Assembly (NCBI GenBank): GCA_002269645.1
Contig: NIVC01000013.1
Location: 806,001 to 870,000 of the forward strand
Source of the DNA: Macrostomum lignano
Taxonomy: Eukaryota
Direction: 5' to 3'
Length of the DNA: 64,000 nt
Below are positions 12,049 through 23,100 of the stretch, piece by piece (the first letter of the stretch is position 1; each line of letters starts with the position of its first letter). Both the position numbers and the translations under genes were made by a program. Under the pieces are notes generated by a model, which was not told the DNA's origin, ran no database searches, and was given only the letters and a program-made list of their open reading frames with translations.

Positions 12049-12806
12049 TCCCGAGACGTTTACTAGAAAGTAATTCTGCTTTTCTGAGTGATTAGCTTCT
12101 GAAAAGTATCTAATTCGGAGTACTGGATGGTACCTCGTGTTGCGATTCAAATTCTGCAACTTAAATCACAGTCTCGATATTTATTAATTAAAATGCATGC
12201 GTTTCTTAATTGCTTTTGTTGGAAATCTAATTTCTTCCAGCTATCTACAATTGGAGTGAAGTTTATTAATAAATATATTGAAGTATATCCGCATGGCAAG
12301 GGTTATAGCTTGTAGTCATAGCTAAGTAAAGGCAATGAAGTATTCATATTAGTAAATTTATAATACTATCGAGTACTTTAGAAGGTTTCATAGCATCTAT
12401 CCGTATCCCATAGCGCTAATACGATATTCCTCAAGTAGAGCTTCTATCAAATTAGTCTCCAAGCAATTAAGTTGGTCAGAAATAGACTTAGAAAATTGGG
12501 TAGTAAGCTCGATTTGCTTCGCTTCTCAGCCAAAGCTCTTTTACTGCTCTTCAATTCTTTTATATACATATATGCATGGGTGTGTGAGTATTAAGCTGGA
12601 CATCCAGGTCCGCACTCAGACTGGAGATTGATTTATGAGGCTGAAAGCTGGAGTGCTGCTGGAGAAAATGGGGTCGAGTATTAGGTGGAAGAAACCCAGC
12701 GCGAATTACTTGTTCACTTGCCAGCTCGAGTGATGCAGCCGCCTCCTGCATGCATTCTGCTGGCACTCCGAGAGCCGCTGAGCTGAACTATTCAACAGTT
12801 CTGTCA

Positions 12807-12891
12807 AAGCTCTTCTTTTTTGGGACTTTTGAGGTTCTTTTTTCGCCAAGCTCTTCTTTTTTGGGACTTTTGAGGTTCTTTTTTCGCCAAG
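12807..12891. repeat. Tandem duplication of a 41-bp unit
   Basis: aagctcttcttttttgggacttttgaggttcttttttcgcc occurs twice. Confidence 0.85.
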
Positions 12892-13338
12892 TTGATAAAG
12901 TCACAGAGTATCAGAATTCACACTACTATCAGTAAATTTCAAGTAGTGACAATTGTGTTAGTCAATCTCTGAACTCTTTTATTCGAAGAAGAACTTGATA
13001 GAAAACTAATAGAAAAAATTAACCTTAATTCACGTTCATTTTAAACTATACGAATATTAGAACAATATCGGTTCTCTTAACTCTGTACATCTCAATCAAG
13101 TTAAAGCCAGTCTTACCAGTATATACAGACACAGTGCTTATAAAATCTGAAGCATCTGACTACATACAGGGTTTTATATTGGCTCTATTGGGTTCCCGCT
13201 TATCGATTGATTCGCCGATAAAAATAAACATTAACAACGTAATACATTAGCAACAATTAATCCAAATCTACATTTAACGAATCATCTCTTGACCAAGGTC
13301 ACAGAAGACAAAAAGAAAAACTTGTTTGCTACATAAAG

Positions 13339-15168
13339 TCATTTATTTGCCAACCGACTCCGCTTGCCCGTCGCGTTTTTCTTGCCGAACCTTCCGCCGG
13401 CGCCACCGCCCCGGCCACAGGCGTCGTTCTTTCCGACATCCTGATCGAGCCAACGCGCCCGAGCGGCTCCACGTTGGTAGCTGGGCCTGTGCTGCTCGCT
13501 CCACAAATCGAAAACGTCGTGTACCAGCTGCTGCGAGGTCTTGCTAGTTGGCGGCGCCAGCAGTTGCATTCGAATCTCAGCGTAGGTTTCGCCGCGTTCG
13601 GTCACGGGCGGCACCGGGAGAGCTTCGATTGGTGACTCTTCCTCGGTCAGCGGCAGCACCGCTCGATTTGTGTACCGCAACAGCTGCTGCTTTGCCATCA
13701 GCCGTTCTTGCCGGCCGATGACCGACCATTCACGAGGACTGCGTAAACTTACTGGGTCGCTTTTGTGTGCGCTAGCGCGGCCTCGCTGTTGAAGGCACTG
13801 CGAGATACGGGTGTAGCCCAGCTTCCTCGATAACAGGTAAGGCGTGATGCCCTCTGCGTCAGGCATGTCTACGCTGACGTCTAGCCGACGAAACTCGTCG
13901 ATGATGATCTCTACGGTGGGTAAGCTGCCGGACATCACCGCGAGGTGCATATAAGTGAGACCGAGGGCGTCGCGGTACTGAAGATTGACCTGAAAAGATA
14001 TGCAATAAAAGGAATTAATTTCGATGAGGATGTCTTAAGCTACTAGTGGATTTTGCTAATACCACTGAAAAACTTCTACTGATATGAATATTTTGCATGC
14101 AAGGCGACAACTCACCTCTTCCGTTGTGTCCCGCAAAATATCGCGCAACTCCTCGTGCCGACCCAGCGCTGTTGCCCAGCCAACTAGATCCCGTCTGTAC
14201 TGGTCGTCAACTCCGTCATAGACAGCTCCATGATGAGCCAGGTAGTTGAACACTTCCTGGCGTCTTTTTTCGGCGCCTATGTGCAATGCGGCCATCAGAG
14301 GCGTCTTACCATCGGCCGGGTCCACGCTGCGAATGCTGACTACACGTAGGAAGTACAGAATGTTCGACAGTTGGCCCTGGAATTTAGGACACGCTTGGTT
14401 ACTTAGTAACGGTGTTTCGTCATTAACGTTTGCGTCGCATTCAAAGCACTGAAATTTACATACAAGTATTGTCATAAACAAGCTATTACACGTACATTGA
14501 ATCATTAAATCACCATTCACCATTGAATCTCTGGTACGAGGGTAATTACATAATAATAATACTGAACCTACAGAATATTATGTGCCTTAATTATCCTAGG
14601 CGAGGCTATCTAATAACAAAAACTCAATTATAAAACCTTGGTAATTTTTATGAATTTTCAAAATATATAGATGTACATGTAGCATGTTCTTGTATAACTT
14701 TAGTAATCTAGCCATCGTTGATATGAAATATGCAACGCCTAGCAACAGGCTAAAAATGGACTACTCTAAGTTCTTCAAAAAGTGTATGCTTCGTACTCAT
14801 ATCACAAAGGTACTTTCCACAGTTGAACAGACCTGATAAATGGCTTTGAAAAACTCGTGAGCGTTCAGATTTCGCTTAGGAACGTGCGCATGCCGTCTCA
14901 GCAGCATCTTGGTGCTATTAACGCTTGACTCTTTGTTTAACTGACGCGAACCCGGTGGCATAATATTAGAATAGAACACTGGCACTATAGAGATGGTCGG
15001 CTCCCGTTCCTGTGGCTGACCTTGCGACGCCGAGGCAGGTGCAGTTGCTCCGGAGGCGGTCGCCGGCCCAGGTCCCAGTGGTCGCTTGACTTTCGGCTGC
15101 AGCATCTCTTTATGCAGCGTTAATCGCACAGTCAATTGGTCTTCGTCTTGACGCTTAGTCATGTACAT
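13339..15168 (-). CDS. Ankyrin-repeat protein, ~439 aa; exons 15168-14833, 14448-14116, 13989-13339
   Basis: Ankyrin motifs DGKTPLMAAL, DALGLTYMHLAV, DAEGITPYLL. Two phase-0 GT-AG introns join the three track ORFs in frame (AIYQ|CFEC, TTEE|VNLQ). Confidence 0.85.
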
Positions 15169-16055
15169 TGTAGCTGCTTGTTTATCAATGTCTGTAGGCT
15201 TCTAGGGTTCAAGAAGGCGTCTAAATAGCGGGGCGGAGCAGCAGAAAAATAAAGACGCAGTCGAAGCCACGGGCCAGACAGAAAAAGAGACTGGCAGAGG
15301 GTGACAGTGAATGTTTGGTCTCTTAGTTGCTGACGCCACTCCACTGTCTGCTTCTTTGGAAGCGCACAGTCTCACTATAGCAGTCACTATGCTGTGTTCG
15401 CCATAGCAGGGCAGCGCGCTTATTATTTTTTCACAGCTGGCTCGCTCTATATTCTTCTGTGTTTTGCTCGCCTTAAAAGCGTACGAAGCCTGGTTAAAAA
15501 TGATGAAGCTCAAAGCCAGGGAAGGGTTAGCCTGTTTACGAGCTAAAGAGGTTGAGCCGCCAGAAACTGTCTTATTGTGCCCCCGTCGTAATTTTTTCCA
15601 GCCTGTAACGGCAAAGAATTGAAAAGCACAAAGGGCATGAGACGCAGTTAGGATAGGTTTTCGGCCTCTCTGCTGTCTGCTCGCTGTACAGACTGGATGG
15701 TCACTTTATGAGAGAGAGGGAGAAAGAGAACCGAAGAGAATGGTATTGAGTTAGTATGGAGAAGCCTCTAATTAGATGGAGACGGGCAATCCAATCAGAT
15801 ACCTACTGCCATTGACAACGGAGTGGAGTGTGCAAGCACCCTTTCCCCCATGCCTAGACGTCATTCAATAGCACAATCCGTATTTTTCTCTTGTTTGCGT
15901 ATAGGGAAATGCAAGTACGTACGCAGACCCATTAACTCCCGGCTTCGTCTGAATTTCTGGATTTCAACTCGCTGCAAGGATCTAAAAAGGCATTTTGGGA
16001 TTCAGGGGACAACTATGGGAAAGGATCAAATATTTTAGCCACTAATAAATAATAG

Positions 16056-16328
16056 TAATAATAATAATAATAATAATTGATTACATCTGCCCAGGGCAGA
16101 TGTGCAACCGACAGCTCAGCCGCAGCTATTGCACGGCGCATCTGAAGGCTGCGTACGGCTGTTCAGCCCAAGGACTGGGAGGGGGTCGCCCTCAATTAAC
16201 CCTGCTGATGCTGGCACTCATTTTACTGCTGGGTGAACTGAAGCAATGCGGAGTTAAGTGTCTTGCTCAAGGACACAAATTGTTTCAGTCGTAAGTCCGA
16301 CGCTCTAACCACTAGGCTACAACCAGCC
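16056..16328 (-). mobile_element. tRNA-derived SINE (V-SINE-like central domain) with 3' hairpin and (ATT)n tail
   Basis: Minus strand begins with a tRNA-like A box gtagcctagtggttagagcg, then gtgtccttgagcaagacacttaac...cacccag...aaatg (resembles the V-domain of V-SINEs, from memory). Hairpin catctgccc-n-gggcagatg at ~16084-16102; (AAT)n on + at 16056-16077. No intact B box seen. Confidence 0.7.
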
Positions 16329-16522
16329 ACTAGAAATGAAAGTCTGATCAAGTTAAAGAAGCTATTATCAGTTGAAAAAAACACGCAAGTATAGTGCAGT
16401 GCGGTTTTGTAAATTATTTAACGTCAAATTCTTGCATCTTACGCAGTATCGTTTATGTACATTCCAATTGAACATAAATAAGGGTACGCGCATTAGTCGA
16501 CAGTACAAACTGTCAGAACGGT

Positions 16523-17402
16523 TTAGCGAAAATTTGCGCCAAAGTGGCACAGCATCCGACGGCAGAGAAAGCGACAACCTCGTTGCAAAGGTGTCTTTGT
16601 TGCTGCCTGCTGAATGGTTGCAAATTTTTCGATTGGTTTGCGATCGAATTGAAGACTTGAGGGAAGAGTGCCATGGCGCTGCGATGAAGCACTCGACTCA
16701 TCGCTGCTTGGCAAGTTGTATTCATCGTCGTCATCGTTAATATGGATGTTGTGTGCCTGTGCACATAAGTTCTCATTGTCGATGGGCATTGGTGTCGCTT
16801 GAGATAAATCCCAGCAACACTGCTGCTGATGGAGAAAATCTTCACTTTGGTGTTGCCTAACCTCTGCGTTTGACCTGTCAGGTTATAAGAAATAAGCATA
16901 TCCCATGATATTTTTGAAGATCCTTTATATGAGAACTGGTATCTCCTACTCACCTTGGTGTTTCGCTACAAACTGTCTCAAATCTAGTTGGTAGCGAGTC
17001 TTCACACTGACTGGATTGAAAATTCGTCATCTGCTGTCGCTGTTTCTTCTCGTGCTCGGCCAGCAGTTTCCGCGCCGCCTTCATCATGCTGTACTGCCAG
17101 ATCAGCAGTCCCAATCGATCTCCGGGCAGCAGCTTTTCTCCGGGTTCTCGCACCCAATAGAGCTCGCGAATTGCCTTGCACGGAGGGACGCCCCGATGCA
17201 TGCGACTCGAGGTCGCCTCTGTTTCTGCTAGTTTCGCCTCTAGAAAGTTCTGCAAAGCGGCCAGACGGCATTTCGTAAATCGAGACGAGCTTGATTGGAC
17301 AGACTTTGCGGAGTTTTGCCACGAATACTGGCTCTGCTCCCAGTTGGAAGGACTGCTTCCAGACAAAGCGGATTTGGATGAACTTTGCGAATAGGTTTTC
17401 AT
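16523..17402 (-). CDS. Orphan protein, ~266 aa; exons 17402-16954 and 16874-16523
   Basis: A 79-nt intron ccaag|gtgagt ... tgacag|g joins ORF 16950-17402 in frame with ORF 16523-16789. Codon-like stretch WVREPGEKLLPGDRLGLLIWQY...AARKLLAEHEKKQ. No domain recognised. Confidence 0.55.
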
Positions 17403-18208
17403 TTACTTGCTGTAGTTATCGTGCTTCGATGTACTTCGATCAAAATATAACATTACGAGTGTAATTACCAAGGGTCTTTGCTTTATTTCTAGCAAGCTGC
17501 TTAACAGAGTCAATATTTTTATAATTCTCGATAGAAGTAGATTTTATCTGATAAACGGTGTTTAATCAAGGATGGAAAATGCTCACCCGAAAAAATCTAT
17601 GGTCAAAACGTTATTGGAAACTTGAGATGCCAACCGTAGGAATCTAATGGGTGGTTAAACTAAAAAATAATACAAATATTAGTAGCTACACCATTTAAAA
17701 ATCTCGAATACCGAATTGCCACAAGTAATTTCAAATGAGGGAATTGTGTTTTTGGTAGAATCACAGCATGTAAATAAGTACATGTAGACCCAAATGGGAC
17801 CAAATGATGGAACCAAATGGGATTGGGACTGCTGAAAGTAAAGATATGTGACAGTTTATGTTAAAGAGAGCATCTTCGACAGCCGGTAAAGGGGAATTGT
17901 TCCCTTTTGTCTATGGTTTCCGGCATTCATACTTGCGGTAACAATTTAATTGTTTGTCGGCTTTTTTCGATTGTTGCCGGATTTCAGACGAATGTATTTG
18001 GCTATCAAAACAAGGAACAACAATAGCAACACGGCGAAAGTGTTTCATAGTCACAAAAAGTTCTTAAGAACAAACCGATCGAATCAATTGTTTTACTTTC
18101 CGTAAAAGTTGAATGTGCAGTTGTGGAACTGACCACCACAGAGGCTTCTCGGCAGGTCTTGGCCGCCCTCGGGTGCTTTCATCAGCTCGCCTCTATCAGA
18201 CCCAGTTG

Positions 18209-18442
18209 TCACACTTTCGATGGTGGATTCCGCATCGTCGTCAATCTTGGTGACTTTGGACCCATTTCCAGATCTTCGCTACCTAGCTCAGGCAGCCCGT
18301 TGGAACTGGACGACGCATCCAGGTTGTCCATCTCCAGAACGTAGCGCGTGCTCGACTCTCGGGTGACAAAAGCCAACTCGTCCGTGGAGAGTCCACATAT
18401 TTCTCCGCCAGGAATGTTTGCGTAGCGAATCATAGCTACTTT
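18209..18442 (-). CDS. Possible coding exon of unknown gene (GKVAMIRYANIPGGEICGLSTDELAFVTRE...)
   Basis: GC-rich codon-like island with a possible acceptor aaatag| near 18444; partner exons uncertain. Confidence 0.3.
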   Translation of the reverse strand, partial: KVAMIRYANIPGGEICGLSTDELAFVTRESSTRYVLEMDNLDASSSSNGLPELGSEDLEMGPKSPRLTTMRNPPSKV

Positions 18443-18714
18443 TCCTATTTGCACTCCGAATAGGAGAATTAATTCAAGCTCAAAATCAACTTGAGAATTA
18501 ACTCATGGCAGCCAGGCTAGCTGTCTTCACTGTCCTTTAAATTTGCCATAAACGATTAATTATCTCTACAACCCTTTCATTTAGAGAGCAACTAAATTTG
18601 CCATAGACGATTGATTATCTCTACAACCCTTTCAAAGCGCATTCCGGCAACAATCGCATTTCATACTCAGCATCCGCACTATGTCTGGGCCATAGACAAG
18701 GGAAGTCAAAAGGG

Positions 18715-18835
18715 TACAATAATGACATGTACCGATTTTTTTCGGCAGCAATTGCTCTACTAAGCTTCAGCCGCTACGTGGCTTCAGCTTACGCAATTGC
18801 TGCCGAAAAAAATCGGTATATATCGTTACATTGTA
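18715..18835. mobile_element. Palindromic MITE-like element with perfect 26-bp arms
   Basis: taccgatttttttcggcagcaattgc (18730-18755) is the exact reverse complement of 18793-18818; imperfect arms extend to tacaat/attgta. Confidence 0.75.
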
Positions 18836-20197
18836 AAAACAGTAAAAAGAATAGAAACAGTAAACATGCAGTTGCTAAAGTAAACAATATCTAGTTCCAA
18901 AATTCTTCTGTGTGGACTTTTGGTGTAGATCTTGCTTCCTTTGTCTGAGGTATGCCACATTTCGCTTTACTTAGCTATACTATTTTTGATTTGCATTTAG
19001 TGACCTTAGTCCAGGGAGTTAGAGATTTTATAAAAAACGTTAGGCCTTCCTAACCCGTTACAGTCGAAAAATATACCATCGAAGTTTTACTTGTGTCACA
19101 TTTGAGGTTGAAAAAGCAACTTTGAGACTGGGTACATTAAACATAAAGCCACTGTGAAAAAGAATTACAGTACGGTGAGGATCAAAAAGCAGTGTCAATT
19201 TTACGAATATATAATTGTAGCTCCATGATAGTCTGTGGCCCGTATATGTGCAAGCTCTATGAGCGAATTTTACTCATGCATCTAATTTACCGAACAAAAC
19301 TTCTAGAAAGTGTGGTAATTAGGTAAAAAATATATGCACGCTTATTTATGCTACAACTGTCACGAGATTTTTCTATTGGAACCGATTAAAACGAAACTTT
19401 ATATTGTAAATTGAAGTTTTCAGCTGCGATTGTAGGAGAGCGTACTTGAATTGCACGCAATTCTAATTTTATTATTTCGATTTGAGTCAAATGAAACGGC
19501 AAATTATTATTTTAAACGTGATCTGATTAGGATTTCATACTTGTATCATATAGGTATAGTAGCATCGTGTGTAACACAATGTATCGTAAGGCAAGTGCAA
19601 TGAGCAGAAATAGAAAAGCTGGAGTTTGAAAAAAACGATAATTTCTAACCATTTATAGTACATAAAAAGTGAGAATTTCAAGCGCTTCTAATATAAAATA
19701 TCTGATACAATAGGAAGATACAGTACTCGATATCGAAGGTAAAGACTATATACACAATATAAAAAACCTCAAACTTTTAGCAAATTTTTCAACATAACTA
19801 ACGTTTGCTTGTATTAGCTCGTAAATAACGTTCATATTGATTTTAGTTACAAAAAACAATTATATAAAGTGCAGCTATATTGATTTTAAGTCGGACCCGT
19901 AGTTTATGCTACGAGTACTTAATATAACGTGTTGTTTTTAATTAATAGAAACAGTAAAAAATTAACCATCACAGTATGCAGTATAATATACAATATGCAA
20001 CACAGAATGAGAATGGAAAGGCATTTAAAATATGCCTAATATTTTCCAAAATAAAACTGTTATGGACGTAATTAAAACTAAGTTAAGTTAACTTAGGTTA
20101 TATAAGAATAAGAACGTTCTGATAAAGTTTGCTACGTTCAGTGTGTGCTAATCTTGTCCTGGCCATTAGATTACGCCGATAACTTCTACTCTGATGC

Positions 20198-23100
20198 TTA
20201 GAATGTGTTTAAGAGAGGCCTGTGGCCACTCATCTCCAGCTCATCGTAACCAGAAGAATTTTTCAGCAGAAGCGAATCGAATTCATTAACACCTCCATGG
20301 TTCGGTACAAAAGACCTGGGCAGCCAAGGCAGACCACGCAGAATCTTATTCATAAGGTGGTACTGCCAATCCCTACTGCCGTATCGAATTGTGTGCCCCC
20401 GAGTCAAGAGGCGCATCCACAACTCCATGCCCTTGCGCTCCTGGTTGGTTCGGAAAGTTTCTTGCAGATGGGACAGTTGCATCTTCATTTCGTCCTGCCT
20501 GTCAGCAGTGATCAAAATGAGATCCCTTGCCATTCTAAGGTTTCCTAGTTCTCCCGTGATCAGCCGAATTTCATTGGTGTTGCTTTGCATCAGTTCTGTT
20601 GATAGCAGAACCAAGACCTTAACGCTTCTCTGTACAAAATAGGGAATGGACTCAGCTTTAGTTGCCAGTTCTTCTGATGGCGCTTGCTCGCCTGAATGGC
20701 GTACCACAATGCCTCTGCTTCCGGGGATCTCCGTGGGCGGCTTATTTAGATGTTTCAATATTTCCGATGCAATATCGCTGTCGCTGTCGTCGAAATAGAA
20801 AAATACGTGAAAACTTTCGTCTCCTCGATAGCGTCGAGGCTTCACTAGGTGGGTTATGACGACGTGCATAATCATGCTTTGAACAAAGTGTCGCCGACGC
20901 ACAAGAAGCGCCGTTATAATAAGACCAGCAGCGATGCTTATCGTGCTCAAAGTTGTCTGTAGAATTTTAAGTTTTAACTGAGCCTTTTGCTTGTCGATAT
21001 CTTTGCACATTTTTTTGAGCAAAGTTACACTATGCATTGGGAAGCTAGATAATGTGAAATTGGTTTTGACGAAAGAGAGGTTGTAGAAGTTGAAATCTGT
21101 GACGAATTCATCCGTTAAGTTGCAAGTTAGCTGTCTATAGTCATTAATGACACTCTTGACTCCATCGTATTGAGCCATTTCTTTCAGGTAGTTTAAATGG
21201 ATGGGAGAACAGCCACATACGAAGGGGTTGCCGAAAAGCTCTACAGTTCCTAAAGCTAACAGGGGGTCGAATACACGTTTGACAGACACCATTGTCAAGT
21301 TGTTATGACGGAGGTCGAGATGGCTTAGCGAATGCTCGAGGCCAGCAAATGTGCGTTCGTTTAGCTGTTTTATTCTGTTGTGAGGAACAATTATTTTGGT
21401 CACTTCAGGTGTCTTGGCGAATGCATAGTCTGCAATAGTAACTATATTGCTTTGCTGGGCTCTGAATTCTTTCAGGCTGAATCGATCTTCATCAAATTTC
21501 CAGGTGATGGTGTCGTTGCAAAAGGCCTGAATAAAGCTGGTCGTCATGTGCGAAAAGTCGAGCACAGTTATAGGCATAGGAATATTTCTAGCCGAGTTCG
21601 GTATTCCACGGACTGAGCAGTTCATTATGGTTTTGATGGCATTCGACCAGCAATAGCACTTAGGGTTGCATTTACCAATACAAGTTCCATTTTTTCGTTT
21701 GCAAACCGACACTGGCAGCTCAATTCTACTAGAGTCGCGAAGCTCGCATCCGAAATCATTCAAATGCAGAGCTGCAAACATCTTAGTAACGTTGCGTCGA
21801 CCCCCCAGGCTTCTCGGGAGTAGCCGGCATTCGGTTTTCTGCCTCTCCTTAGTGGCAATAGTTGGCATTTTGTACGTATGATTGTCGCTCTGCTCTTCCA
21901 GCATTGTACTAAGAAAGAAGTGCTGACAGTTGCACACAATGGTAGTCTTCTGTTTAGCTATGCTTACTTCAACTCGATCGGATGGGGCGTGTCGTTGTGT
22001 CGTTTTAAAGCTGTCGAATGGCATGTATTCGAGCATATTTTTGCTGAGATCAATTTTCTCAAGAATGGGATAATTAGTGAACGCGGATGAAGCTATGGAA
22101 GATATTAGATTGCCTTCCAAATGAATTGACCTCATGCTTCTCGAACTCGGCAAAGTGTCCCTTTTTATACAAGAAATTTGATTATTCGCAGCATTGATTC
22201 GGATTGCCTTGCTTAAACAGGTTAGATTTACTGTCTTCAAATGGTTGTTTTGAATGAAGATACGGTTCAAACTTGATGCCAGGCTTCCCGTAAATGAGTC
22301 GGTGCCTAAGACAGCCAATCTGTTGTAGGAGAGATCCAGAGTCTCCAGATTAACCTGAATTGATTTGTTAAAGGTGTACCGTTAAAACTGTTCAAAAGAA
22401 GCAACTATATTCAGTCAACCAAAGTAGATAACTTACCTGATACCAAGGCTCCACTTGGCCGAGATATTCTATTAAATTGTGGGAAAGATCAAGAACACGC
22501 AAGGATTTTCTGGATGACCAAAACCAATAGCATTGGCGCTTTGTTTTCTCCTTTATGGACAAGGGTATGCCGGTGGGAGGTCCTCCCCAGCAACCGGACA
22601 CGTCGTACAAGTCCTTAATCCCATTATTGCTTAAGTTTAGCGTGTTCAAATCGCTCATCATCGATATGCAGCTGGGAATGACAGTAAGGTGATTATTCGA
22701 CAAGTCCAAACTGTGCAGCGGATTCGCCTTGTGCAGGTCACGGACAGTTTTGCCTAGAATTAGGCGGAACTCGACATTGCTCATCTCCATCGCGTAGTAC
22801 AGAGCTCGAATGTCTGTGACAGCTCCGCTTGCTTGGATCATTGAATCGATGATTTCCTTGGCTCGGGTGGTAAAATTGGAGCACCGTTTGCCGAGACATT
22901 CTAATTTAAGAGGTTGTTCGTTCATACCGGCGATCGCTCGTTCGTCGAGACCTTCACCAAAGTAGAACATTTCGCAACCCGAAAGTACTACAACCTCAGA
23001 TGCTGATATGGCTAATACGTCCATTTCAGTTAGATCCTGATTTTTCAGAATAAAATTTATAGAGGAGAATTTAATCAGGGAAGCAAAATTAATATAAAAA

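Noticed and set aside
11380-12159. 259-aa (SQSV)n ORF
   Set aside because: Antisense translation of the tetranucleotide microsatellite.
12560-12787. Coding-like minus-strand island downstream of the ankyrin gene
   Set aside because: An acceptor and open frame exist, but I found no phase-compatible donor in the ankyrin last exon; insufficient support.
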